Origin: Eledone cirrhosa
Taxonomy: Eukaryota
Reading direction: 5' to 3'
NCBI GenBank assembly: GCA_964016885.1
Contig: OZ024742.1
Location: 73,718,001-73,782,000, forward strand
Length of the DNA stretch: 64,000 nucleotides
Both the position numbers and the translations under genes were made by a program. The notes beneath the pieces are model-generated. The model was not told the origin of the DNA and ran no database searches. It worked only from the letters and a program-made list of their open reading frames with translations. This document shows positions 25,850 to 37,134 of this stretch, piece after piece (the stretch's first letter is position 1; every line of letters starts with the position of its first letter).

Positions 25850-26002
25850 CACTCCTGTGCTGGACTTATACTTTATCGGCCTTGAAAGGATAAAAGGCTA
25901 AGCTGATATCAGCAGGATTTGAACTCGGAAAGAAGATGGCTGGGTCGAATACAGCAAAGCATTCTAACCGACGTTTTAACGTTTCTGCCAATTCATCGCC
26001 TT
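25850..26002 (-). mobile_element. Diverged family-B SINE
   Basis: CTTTATCGGCC...GGATTTGAACTC...CTGCCAATTCATCGCCTT. Confidence 0.65.
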
Positions 26003-26237
26003 AATCTACTCTAGGCCTTACAACATTTAACGTAGTGATCTTCAACCTTGTCTCTTCTATTTACTTTTTTCAATTAATGTATTTTATCATTTACCTACTT
26101 ACTTCCAGAAAACAATGCGTAGCTGGCATAGAGTCACAGAAAAGGAATGGAATAACCTTATTACTATGGTTGACGTTTCAGAATTAATACATAGTTTTCA
26201 GGTAAAGGCCAAGGTATGGCGATGTAGTTAAGACAAG

Positions 26238-26390
26238 GAGTTGGCAGAGTCGTTAGAATGTCGGATAGAATGCTTTGCTGTATTCGGTCCAGCCATCTTC
26301 TCTACAAGTTCGAATCCCGCTGCGGTCAATATTGCCTTTCATCGTTTCTTGGTTGATGAAAAACAGTACCAGTCTAGTACTGGGGTCGAT
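26238..26390 (+). mobile_element. Diverged family-B SINE
   Basis: TTGGCAGAGTCGTTAGA...GTTCGAATCCCG...TTGCCTTTCATC...AGTACCAG. Confidence 0.7.
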
Positions 26391-26717
26391 TCTTCCTCTA
26401 TATCTCTTTCTCACTTCCATTCTCTCACTCTTTATTCATTCTCTGTTGTGTTCAGACCTGGAGAGGATTGGGTTACACCAGGCTTAAAATGCCCAAGAAA
26501 CGGCATATGTCAATACGGCACCCTTACCACTTATTCAGGAGTTACGGGATCATACCACACCACGGCGGCGTGGTCAGGAGTTCGTTTCGAAAACACTTGG
26601 TTTAGGTGGGCAACTGTCTTTTATTATAGCTTCGGGTTGACGGTCTTGTGAGTAAAATTGGGTTGACGGAAACAGTGCAAAAGCCTGTCGTGTGTGCGTG
26701 CGCGCGCGCGCGCGTGC

Positions 26718-26761
<44 letters not shown>

Positions 26762-26955
26762 GTGTATGTGTGCGTGCGTGCGCGTATGTGTGTGCGTGTG
26801 TGTGTGTGTTTACTTTAACTGTTTATTTATTTTCTTCGACAATAGAGATCGATAAAATAAGTAGTGCATCGATATAATTGACTACATCCCTTGAAGGCTT
26901 CTCCGTATGGCTGCAGTCAAAACACTAAAACCAATAAAAAAGTAAAATAATCAAA

Positions 26956-27147
26956 TAATTGTTTCTACGTTTGGCACAAGGCCAGAAATTACCCAGAGCA
27001 TTACTGGTACTTTATTTTATCGACCCCGTAAGGATGAAAGGCAAAGTTAACCTCGGCGGGATTTGAACTCAGAATGGCATGGCCGTAACTCTATACGTCA
27101 AAGCATAGCGTCCGACCCTCTACCGATACTGCCAATCCACCGCCCTT
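26956..27147 (-). mobile_element. Family-B SINE with TSD
   Basis: Full-length copy; TAAAATAATCAAATAAT direct repeat on both sides. Confidence 0.88.
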
Positions 27148-27286
27148 AAAATAATCAAATAATCAAATAAAATAATCAAATAATATTGTTATATTCGGGG
27201 AGGGTCAAGTTGTCCTAATATTGCCAAAAAATAGTAAAACACACTCAGTTTGGTTTGGAACACAACGGGAGGAAACACAACGATAA

Positions 27287-27329
27287 TCACTGAAGATGTC
27301 ACAGATATGTGTGACAAAAATACTTTGAG
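27287..27329 (+). ncRNA. Degenerate hammerhead related to 13056-13098
   Basis: TCA CTGAAGA tGTCACA gatatg TGTGAC AAAA ATACTT TGA; G12 mutated. Confidence 0.55.
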
Positions 27330-27984
27330 AAATTATATTTATATTTATATTTTTAACTGTTGGTCAATCAATGATAAACACTGATTGCCGGCTAAATTAT
27401 TTATAAAAATATAAACATATACTGAAGCTAAAACCAAACCAAACAGTGAGTGTGTTTTACTATTTTTTGGCAATACTGGGACAAGACCCTTCCCCAAATA
27501 TAACAATATCTGTTTCAACACACGATTTAATATAAAAAACCTTGCAAAACAAATACATCGCCGCTACCATCAAATAATAAATATCTGTTACCGTTAGCCA
27601 ATTTTCTGGTATTACACTCCGCCATATAATCTTTTTTTTTAACCACTAGGGGCTAAAGTTGCCTTTCATTGAAAGCCACTGGTCCACAATCATTTGTAAA
27701 TGGCGGTTAACTGACGTTGATAGACAAACTGACATGATGACAGACAGACAGATAGACAGTCATACAGAAGGCAGTGGCCAGACGATGAGTAGTAACAATT
27801 CCTCCGCCTCCCTTACCTGATAGACATTGCGAGGGGTGGGGTAGTGATAGCTGAGTGGGGCAATGAGTAACACTGAGGTTAGTTTCTGTGTGTGCGTGAG
27901 TGTGTATGTGTGTACGTGTGTGTACGTGTGTGTACGTGTGTGTGTGTGTATGTGTGTGACTATATGGAGCGGTTGGTGATGGAA

Positions 27985-29040
27985 CCGTTTATTGGATGTG
28001 GTGGTGCTTGTGGTGGTACTGTTGGTTGTGGTTGTGGCGGTGGTTGTGGTGGTAGTAGTGGTGGTGGTGGTTATGGTAGTGAAGGTGGTGGTAGTGGTGG
28101 TGATAGTGTAGGTGGTGGTGGTATTTGAGGTAGTGGAGGTGGTGGTGGTGGGGGTGGTATTTGTGGTGGTGGTGGTGGTATTATTGGTTGTGGTGGTGGT
28201 GGTGGTGGTAGTGGTGGTGGTGGTATTTGTGGTAGTGGAGTGATGGTAGTGATGGTGGTGGTGGTGGTAGTAGTGGTGGTGGTGGTGGTGGTCGTGGTGG
28301 TGGTGGTTGTGTTAGTGGAGGTGGTAGTGATGGTGTTGGTAGTGGTGGTGGTGGTAGTGGTAGGAGACGACAATGAGGGAGTAGCAAAGCGGTTGTAATG
28401 GAAGGGTATGGGGAGAGAAGTGAAGGCGATATTTGACACAAAGGACAAAATAACAAAGGAATTACAGAGAACGGGTGGCAAGATGGCAGCCACGGGTATA
28501 ATGGGGGTAGATTGACAGAGGGGGAAGTATTTTGGTGGTGTAGCCAAGGCCCAGGCATCAAACCTGATTCAGTAAACTTAGCATTCCAACCGTGGCCATC
28601 CCATCTTTTTCCCGCGTGTGTATGTGTGTGTATGTGTGTGTGGTGTGTGTGTGTGTGTGTGAGTGTATGTGGTGTGTGTGGTGTGTGAATGTGTGTGGTG
28701 TGTGTGGTGTGAGTGTGTGATGTGTGAGTGTGTGTGTGTGTGTGTGTGGTGTGTGTATGTGTGTGTATGGTGTGTGTGTGTGTGGTGTGTGTGGTGTGTG
28801 TGGTGTGTGTGGTGTGTGTGATATGTGTGTGTGGTGTGTGAGTGTATGTGGTGTGTGTATGTGTGTGTGGTGTGTGTGTGTGGTATGAGTGTATGTGGTG
28901 TGTGTGGTGTGTGAGTGTGTGTGTGGTGTGTGTGGTGTGTGTGTGTGATGTGTATGTGATGTGTGAGTGTGTGTGTGTATGTGTGTGTATGGTGTGTGTG
29001 TGTAGTGTCTGTGTGTGTGTCTGTGTGTGTCTGTGTGTGT
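27985..29040. repeat. (GGT)n tract (27985-28360) and (GT)n/(GTGTG)n tract (28616-29040)
   Basis: Direct reading. Confidence 0.9.
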
Positions 29041-29433
29041 TTATCCTTTAACCAGAGCCATGCTAGTATTCAATTTTTCCAAATACAACATCGATCTCTG
29101 CTGAACAACAACTTACGGAACATAAACACACACACAATTGTAGCTAAACGGCTATAAATTACTGTTTGTCTTGCGTCTCTTACTCCTTTGGTCAGCGTTT
29201 GGCTTATGTCAGACGCTGAGACCCCAAATGGACCAGCATTACCGTTGGTAGGGCCCGAAACTGCCCAAGTCCACCTCAACGGCCGATGATCATGGAGTTA
29301 TATATCCTTCGTTTGTGTATTTATTTTTTTTAAATAATTTATTTAAGGTTTCCCTTAAAAATTAGTTTTTCGTTTCGTTTTGTTTCTGTTCTTGTCTTGT
29401 TCTTGTCTTGTTAATTTTCTATATATATTGTTA

Positions 29434-29476
<43 letters not shown>

Positions 29477-29478
<2 letters not shown>

Positions 29479-29575
29479 ATGAGATTCTACAGGACTAGAA
29501 CTGTTTCATTCTTTAGAAATCATCAGGAATCTTCTAAAGAATGAAACAGTTCTAGTCCTGTAGAATCACATCTAT
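29477..29575. repeat. Fold-back palindrome (about 42-bp arms) next to (TA)n
   Basis: GATGAGATTCTACAGGACTAGAACTGTTTCATTCTTTAGAA / TTCTAAAGAATGAAACAGTTCTAGTCCTGTAGAATCACATC. Confidence 0.9.
29483..29531 (-). ncRNA. Type I hammerhead ribozyme
   Basis: Minus strand: GATTC CTGATGA tTTC taaa GAAt GAAA CAG ttctagtc CTGT A GAATC; perfect 5-bp stem I, GUA cleavage site. Confidence 0.82.
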
Positions 29576-29754
29576 ATTAAAACTTTTATATTATACTCTG
29601 CTATGTATTGAGTAACTTACTTACTGTGGTTACCTCCGATTCAACCCGGAATAACTTACCTATATATATAAAGGGTGTCCCCCAAAAATGTATACACACT
29701 TATTAGAATGCTGTTGAAGTATGTATATATTTTTGAGGGACACTATGTATGTAC

Positions 29755-29818
<64 letters not shown>

Positions 29819-30534
29819 AATATATATATTATGAATAAAAGTTGAGAAAATTGGGTAAAATACTCCTGGAGACGGAAAAAAGTGGACAGAAGTAACTCTG
29901 ACGGTGGTAGTGATGGGGGGGGGAGTAATGGGGGGTAGTGGTGGTGGTGGTGATGGTGGTCGTGGTGGTGGTGGTCGTCGTCGTCGTATTCGTGGTGATG
30001 ATGGTGGTGGTGGTGGTGGGAAATCAAACGGGAAGGGGAGGGGGTCATGCTGATCAGTACGTGTCATCTGTGTACGTTAAAAAGTGAGATACGGTTGTGT
30101 ATATGTGTTTGTATGTGTGTGTGTATATGGCGTATATGAGTGACTGCATGTGTGTGTGTGTGTGTGAGTGTGTGTGTGTTTGGCCTGTTGCGTGTGTGTT
30201 GAGTGGGTGTACGTGTGTGTGAGTGAGCGGGGGAGGGGTATGTGTGTGTGCGTGCGTGTGTGTGAATGTTACGTTAAGCAACCGTAACAAGCCATTGACG
30301 TGTTGTGCAGTATGTGGTGGGGGTGGTGAGGGACATTGAGGGTGGCGAGGGTGACATGTTATTATTACCAGTTCTGTCGCTGCAACTGGCTACTATTCAA
30401 CTGCAGTTGCACTAGAAACAAAGGTGGAGGGGGGGGGAGATGATACTGGAGGTAGTGTGGTGGGGCATCAGGAGACAGAGATGAAGAAAATTGGGGAAAG
30501 ATTCGGGTAGGTTTAGGGTAAAGGTGTGACGTGG

Positions 30535-31080
30535 AGGATGTCAGAGATAGATGTCTGAGGTGGGTGTCTGAGGTGGTGATGAGAACGATGTCTGAGGTTG
30601 ATGTCTTAGGTCAATGTCGGAGGTCGATGTCTGAGGTAGATGTCTGAGGTGGTGATGGATGACATGGATGACTGAGGTGAATGTCTGAGGTGGATGTCTG
30701 AGGTGGATGTCTGAGGTAGATGTCTGAAGTGGTGATGGGGTGGATATCTGAGGTGGTGATGTCTAAGGTAGATGATTGAGGTGGTGATGTCTGAAGTGGA
30801 TGTCTCAGGTGGTGATGAGGTGGTGGTGAGGGGGTGTTGGGGTATTGATATCTGAGGTAGATGTCTGAGGTGGATGTATGAGTTATTGATGGAGGTAGAT
30901 GTTTGAAGTAGATGTCTCAGGTGGATGTCTGAAGTAGATGTCTGAGGTGGTGATGGGGTGTATGTCTGAAGTTGATGTCTTCATTAAATGCCCGAAGTGA
31001 TGATGGGGTGGATGTCTGAGGTATATGTCGAAGGTTGTGATGAGATGGATATCTGAGGGGCATGTCTGAGGAGCAGGTTT
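30535..31080. repeat. Degenerate minisatellite (GATGTCTGAGGTRG, about 14 bp)
   Basis: Recurring GATGTCTGAGGT. Confidence 0.85.
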
Positions 31081-31237
31081 GAGGTACACCCACCAGAAGA
31101 CGAAGGACAAATGTGACAACAATATTTTATTTAAAAGAAATTTACAATTCACCATCGTTTGCATATTAAAACATAAACGAAAGAGAAAGAAAAAAACGAC
31201 ATTAGATAGCGAAAGTAGATGAAAAGAGAACGGCAAA

Positions 31238-31628
31238 CTCTAGACCCCAGTCTAAGTGGTATGTGTCAGCTGTACCCCCGCGGGACAAAGAGGTAGGATG
31301 CGGCAGAGTCTAGACCCAGTCTAAGTGGTATGTGTCAGCTGTTCCCCCGCGGGACAAAGAGGTAGGATGCGGCAGAATCTAGACCCAGTCTAAGTGGTAT
31401 GTGTCAGCTGTTCCCTCGCGGGACAAAGAGGTAGGATGCGGCAGAGTCTAGACCCAGTCTAAGTGGTATGTGTCAGCTGTACCCCCGCGGGACAAAGAGG
31501 TAGGCGATGGCAGAGTTTAGACCTCAGTTTAAGTGGTATGTTTCAGTTGTACCCCCGCGGGACAAAGAGGTAGGACGCGGCAGACTCTAGACCTCAATCT
31601 ATGTAGTATGTTTCATCTGCTCCCCGCA
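31238..31628. repeat. Tandem repeat, 69-70-bp unit, about 5.5 copies
   Basis: TAGACC recurs at 31241, 31311, 31380, 31449, 31518, 31588. Confidence 0.92.
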
Positions 31629-32466
31629 CTCAAAATGGCGAGGGGTTGCCTCGGAAAACAGCCAATGACATTCGCTGCATCAGCCATTTGCGCAGGAAAA
31701 CGGAAGTTATTGGAGAAATTGACCCGAAGTGAAACCATTTACAAAGTAATTAAAACTAATATGGAACGTGTTGAAAGACTATTTATTTTCTACTGTATTA
31801 AAGTTGGTGCATCGGGAGGAAGGGGGTGTAAAGGTGATGGTGTGCTTCAGAGAGAGAGAGAGTGGGCGAATTACTTTTTCCAAAAATATTGTTTATCTTC
31901 AAATTATGAGTAAAATATTAAATTTTGGTAGTTTCAGTCATTTCTGAAATTCCAAAAGAGTTCTTAAGGATAAGGTAGTGGTATCAAAATGGGTGCCATG
32001 TGTAAACACCTTATATGCAGTATCGGCCTTAGACTACCTTATATCTACTTGAAACCTTAATAATAATGAGTTTATAAGCAATGTCTTTGCTGACAAATTG
32101 AGTAATTAGTCGCTGATGAAATATCAATGCAGGATTTATACTAGTCAAATTGATCCCTCTTTTTTTTGGAGGGGGGCACGAGGTTATTGTATATAGAGAC
32201 AAAGTGTTTGCATCTCTCTATTACAAACATATATTGTCATCAATCTTGGCAGACGTTTCAACGATTAATCATCCCATCAGCCGCTGTTCAACTAAAAACA
32301 GTTTCTCATTTAGCCTCACAATATATGGCAGTTGTTGAAATCACGATTAGTTGGTAAATAAATCGACCAAAAACGGACGAAGCGATCGCTTTTTATATAA
32401 CCGAGAAAATAAAAAGTTCACACAAACAAACACACATATACACTCATATATATAGAAAAATAGATA

Positions 32467-33144
32467 TCGTATTTGACGGCTTATAAGACGCATGGGCTTA
32501 TAAGACGCACCTCAATTTGGACAGGCATTTAAACAAACAAACAAATAAATAAATGGGTTTAAACTACGAATGTCAGTTGAAAGGTATAAAGTTTTTACAT
32601 CGTATTTTTTTAATTATCATTCTCCATCGTAATTGTAATTGTAATATTTTAGTACAAAGAAGTATGAAAATATATTTACTTTATTCTCTTCATCGTATTT
32701 TTTGTTGAAATATTTAGTACATTTTTAAAACAAAAGAAAGTGAAAATAAATGTATTTTATTCATCATAAAATTTATTAAAATTGTAGCATTTTTTACAAA
32801 AAGTTGCTATTGTTGGCGTAAAAACGATCGCCACCTTGTTTACATTTATGGAGATGTTTGCCGTTTAATTTAAGGGCTACTGCAGCATTAGAACTCCTCT
32901 AACCAGTTACTGACGCTTGACCCAGTGCCATGTTTAGAACAAATGAGGCCTTGTACTAGTTAACTTAAGAAGCCACAAACATTTAAAAAATTCATCGTAA
33001 AAAGGTTTTGGGGGGCAGGAAGATGGGTCATCCTCCCTAGCCAACGAAGCCCTGTGCACAATGGTAAGTCCGGTTCACCTAAGCACAATGGTAAATCCGG
33101 CACTGGCTTGACCATATAAGACGCAGGGTGGCCGTCAAATACGG
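32467..33144. mobile_element. Tc1/mariner (Tc2/pogo-like) non-autonomous element
   Basis: TIR yCGTATTTGACGGC / GCCGTCAAATACGG, subterminal TATAAGACGCA motifs, TA on both sides. Confidence 0.8.
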
Positions 33145-33157
33145 TATATTTAATTGT

Positions 33158-33305
33158 GAAGGCGCATGGCTTAGTGGTTAGAGCATTGGGCTTGCAATCG
33201 AAAGGTTGTGAGTTCGATACTCGGACCGGGTGATGTGTTGTGTCCTTGAGCAAGACACTTTATGTCACGTTGCTCCAGTTTACTCAGCTGTAGAAATGAG
33301 TTGCG
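33158..33305 (+). mobile_element. Family-A SINE 5' half
   Basis: A-box TGGCTTAGTGG, B-box GAGTTCGATACT, GTGTCCTTGAGCAAGACACTT. Confidence 0.85.
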
Positions 33306-33643
33306 ATCCTGCCAAATCAATGTTCCAGCTGCACGCATCGAAAGACTGGTGTAGTGGTTCTGAGAACAATGCGGCTTTGCAGATGATCAAAGCAAATTGA
33401 CAATGGAAAGGCGCTCCTGCTCGAGTTAGAAGAGAAATATTAACCTTCAGGAGAAGCAGCGAACCCTGATTGTATTCAGCAACCGAAACAAATATGAAGT
33501 ACACCAAATCCAATGCTCCTAGGGGCGGCTCTGGTTCTTCTTATTTGCGAGTGTAAACTCAGCCAGATGAGATGAGGAGGGATTAATTGTATATGTATAA
33601 CTATTTATATCTAGCTGAGTAACTATATATTTATAGAAATACC

Positions 33644-34073
33644 AGGTTAAAAGGGCTGAGGTCAGACACCTTTCTCTCCGGCCAACAACTGATTCTTTTT
33701 TTTTTTTAAATACCACTTTAGAAGAAGAATCAGGATGGAGAGAGAGGTGCTGTACCCCAGCAAGTTTTATGAAAGGTGGGTGAAAGTGGCGAGAATGGCC
33801 CGAGTGAATGGGCCTTCTCTCTATATCAGCCTGTAGGTTGAGGAAAAAGAGGAAGAGAGGAAATGGGTACAAACTCTTCGTACTCCTGGAGATGAGGGTT
33901 GCACATTTTTTCGGGGGTATGTGTTACCCATATGAAATGTCTCCCCCTATTGGGGAAAATCGATTAACTTTTAAATTGCATTTGTGATAGTATTTTACAC
34001 GTTTTTATTGTATGTAAACTTCCTCCTTTGTATTTGTCCCCTTCTTTTGTGCCCCTGTGGCTAATAAAAAAAC
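33644..34073 (+). mobile_element. 5'-truncated Tx1-type LINE 3' end with 19-bp TSD
   Basis: RLKGLRSDTFLSGQQL...RRRIRMEREVL...WVKVARMARVNGPSLY; TSD ATATATTTATAGAAATACC at 33625-33643 and 34074-34092. Confidence 0.9.
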
Positions 34074-35354
34074 ATATATTTATAGAAATACCCCTAATGT
34101 CTTACTTTCCCTCAACTTCATTTAAACGCTCAAGTTTTACATCGAGTGTTAGAAGCAATTTCATAAACCCGATGTCCCATATTTACAGAGGAGAATTAGC
34201 AACTTAGATAAAGTGAAATTGTCCGAATTAGGAGGGCAAACGATATCGGGAAGTGTGTTAACTTAGACGAGAGGGATATATATAGGATATGATGTAGAAT
34301 GATAGACTGACATGGTGACAGAGTGACCGGGTGACGCGCAGGCAGGAAACATGTAGAATGACAGATGTACTGATATGTAGACATGGGACACGTACGCAGT
34401 GACAAGGTGACAGAGTGACAAATAAGCAGTAGAAATAAACAGTAGAAAGGAAAATATGAATGAGAAACAGCAACAGAGAGAGAGGGAGAAGAGAGGGAGG
34501 GATGAAGAAAGTGATGGAGAGTGAGAAAGAGAGAGAGAGTGTGTGTGTGGAGAGATATCGGGGGGGGGGTCAACATAGAAAAACAATGAGCGTGTATGTG
34601 TGTTAGAAAGAAAGGGGGTAGAGAGAGGATAGAGAGAAGGTAGAGAGAGGAAGAGAGAGAGGCAGGAATCAACACAGAAAAAAGCAGTGTGTGCGTGTGT
34701 GAGAGAGAAAGAGAGGGAGGGGGGCGGTAATTGGGCTTGTAGCTGCTGCTACTGTTGCCGATGAACTTATGGTGTTGATGTTCCTATTGTCGCATTAGGA
34801 GAAGGGATTGGGCTTTAGCAAGGGGACCTCCCACAATATTTAAAGGGTCCGTTAAGAGAAGGGATTGAGTTGTAACAAGGGACCCCCCACAATAGTTAAA
34901 GGCCTCAAAATGAATTTTATAGCTTCCATGAATAATATATATATATATATAGGATCAAACAAAAAATATTTATGGTAGGAAAGTCCTAGATGAAATGTTC
35001 ACCCAGTGACCCCATATAAGCCTAATCTGACCCTTACCTTCTGGTGGTTGATTGATCCATTAATATCCCGCTTTTTTCCTGTGCACAGAATCCAAGATTC
35101 TATCATATCCTTTGCAGGGGATGATTTTGAATCAGATTTGGCTGCTATTTTTAACAGGTTCATTCACCATGTACTCTCGGATCCCAAATAATAGGGAGTT
35201 TGGAATAAGGGGGGGGGGGGGTGAATTAAGGGGGAGTTTGAAGAAACGGGAGGGGGAGATTATTCGAGACCCCAGAGTAGAAGACCCTTCTTTGGTTATA
35301 GATTGATATTGGTGCTGGTGTTATTATTGATGTTTTTGTTCTTACTGTTCTTAC

Positions 35355-37068
35355 TGTGGTGATGGTGGGAGGGTGGTGGTGTGATGGTGGTGGTGGTGGT
35401 GATGGTGGTGGTGGTAGTAGTGTTGATGGTGGTGGTGGGATGATGCTGGTGTGATGATGGTGGTGGTGGTAGTGTTGATGGTGGTGGTGGGATGATGCTG
35501 GTGTGATGGTGGTGGTGGTGGTGATGGTGGTAGCGGTGGTAGCGGTGGTGATGATGGTGGAGGTGGTAGTGTTGGTGGTGGTGGGTGGGATGGTGGTGGT
35601 GTTATGGTGGTGGCGGTGATAGTGGTGGTGGTGATGGTGGTGGTGGTAGTGTTGGTGGTGGGGGGAGTATGGTGGTGGTTGTAGTAGTGTTGGTGGTGGT
35701 GGTGGTGGGTGTGGGATGGTGGTGGTATTATGGTGGTGGCGGTGATAGTGGTGGTGGTGATGGTGGTGGTGGTAGTGTTGGTGGTGGTTGTGGTAGTGTT
35801 GGTGGTTGTGGTAGTGTTGGTGGTGGTGGTGGTGGATGTGGGATGGTGGTGGTATAATGGTGGTGGCGGTGATAGTGGTGATGGTGATGGTGGTGGTGGT
35901 AGTGTTGGTGGTGGGGGGAGTATGGTGGTGGTTGTAGTAGTGTTGGTGGTGGTGGTGGTGGGTGTGGGATGGTGGTGGTATTATGGTGGTGGCGGTGATA
36001 GTGGTGGTGGTGATGGTGGTGGTGGTAGTGTTGGTGGTGGTTGTGGTAGTGTTGGTGGTGGTGGTGGTGGATGTGGGATGGTGGTGGTATTATGGTGGTG
36101 GCGGTGATAGTGGTGATGGTGATGGTGGTGGTGGTAGTGTTGGTGGTGGTGGTATAATGGTGGTGGCGGTGATAGTGGTGATGGTGATGGTGGTGGTGGT
36201 AGTGTTGGTGGTGGTTGTGGTAGTGTTGGTGGTGGGGGAGTATGGTGGTGGCGGTGATAGTGGTGATGGTGATGGTGGTGGTGGTAGTGTTGGTGGTGGT
36301 TGTGGTAGTGTTGGTGGTGGTGGTGGTGGATGTGGGATGGTGGTGGTATAATGGTGGTGGCGGTGATAGTGGTGATGGTGATGGTGGTGGTGGTAGTGTT
36401 GGTGGTGGGGGGAGTATGGTGGTGGTTGTAGTAGTGTTGGTGGTGGTGGTGGTGGGTGTGGGATGGTGGTGGCGGTGATAGTGGTGGTGGTGATGGTGGT
36501 GGTGGTAGTGTTGGTGGTGGGGGGAGTATGGTGGTGGTTGTGGTAGTGTTGGTGGTGGTGGTGGTGGATGTGGGATGGTGGTGGTTGTGGTAGTGTTGGT
36601 GGTGGTGGTGGTGGATGTGGGATGGTGGTGGTATAATGGTGGTGGCGGTGATAGTGGTGATGGTGATGGTGGTGGTGGTAGTGTTGGTGGTGGTTGTGGT
36701 AGTGTTGGTGGTGGTGGTATAATGGTGGTGGCGGTGATAGTGGTGATGGTGATGGTGGTGGTGGTAGTGTTGGTGGTGGGGGAGTATGGTGGTGGCGGTG
36801 ATAGTGGTGGTGGTGATGGTGGTGGTGGTAGTGTTGTTGGTGGTTGTAGTAGTGTTGGTGGTGGTGGTGGTGGGTGTGGGATGGTGGTGGTATAATGGTG
36901 GTGGCGGTGATAGTGGTGATGGTGATGGTGGTGGTGGTAGTGTTGGTGGTGGGGGGAGTATGGTGGTGGCGGTGATAGTGGTGGTGGTGATGGTGGTGGT
37001 GGTGGTAGTGTTGTGGTTGTGGTAGTGTTGGTGGTGGTGGTCATGGTGGTGGCTATGGTGATGGTAGT
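35355..37068. repeat. Compound (GGT)n repeat with reiterated subunits
   Basis: Blocks such as GGCGGTGATAGT, GGTAGTGTT and GTGGGATG recur. Confidence 0.92.
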
Positions 37069-37134
37069 AACCGTGTTTGGTAGTATTAGTGTTAGGGAGT
37101 CACTTCATCTTTTCAACCAGATGTTACATCTAGA

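Noticed and set aside
26455-26520. CTGGAGA...GAAAC...GTC in a repeat also at 41020-41125 and 25720-25790
   Set aside because: Non-canonical core and no stem I; more likely a retroelement 3' end with a (CATA)n tail
29205-29280. Possible decayed hammerhead (GGGCCC GAAA CT...AGTC)
   Set aside because: No intact CTGANGA or stem I
32110-32150. CTGATGA...ATACTAGTC hammerhead-like relic
   Set aside because: GAAA missing and stem I unpaired
33158-33230. tRNA gene
   Set aside because: tRNA-like head continues into the SINE body and lacks a proper acceptor stem
35585-37044. Gly-rich and Pro-rich ORFs
   Set aside because: (GGT)n compound repeat open in several frames
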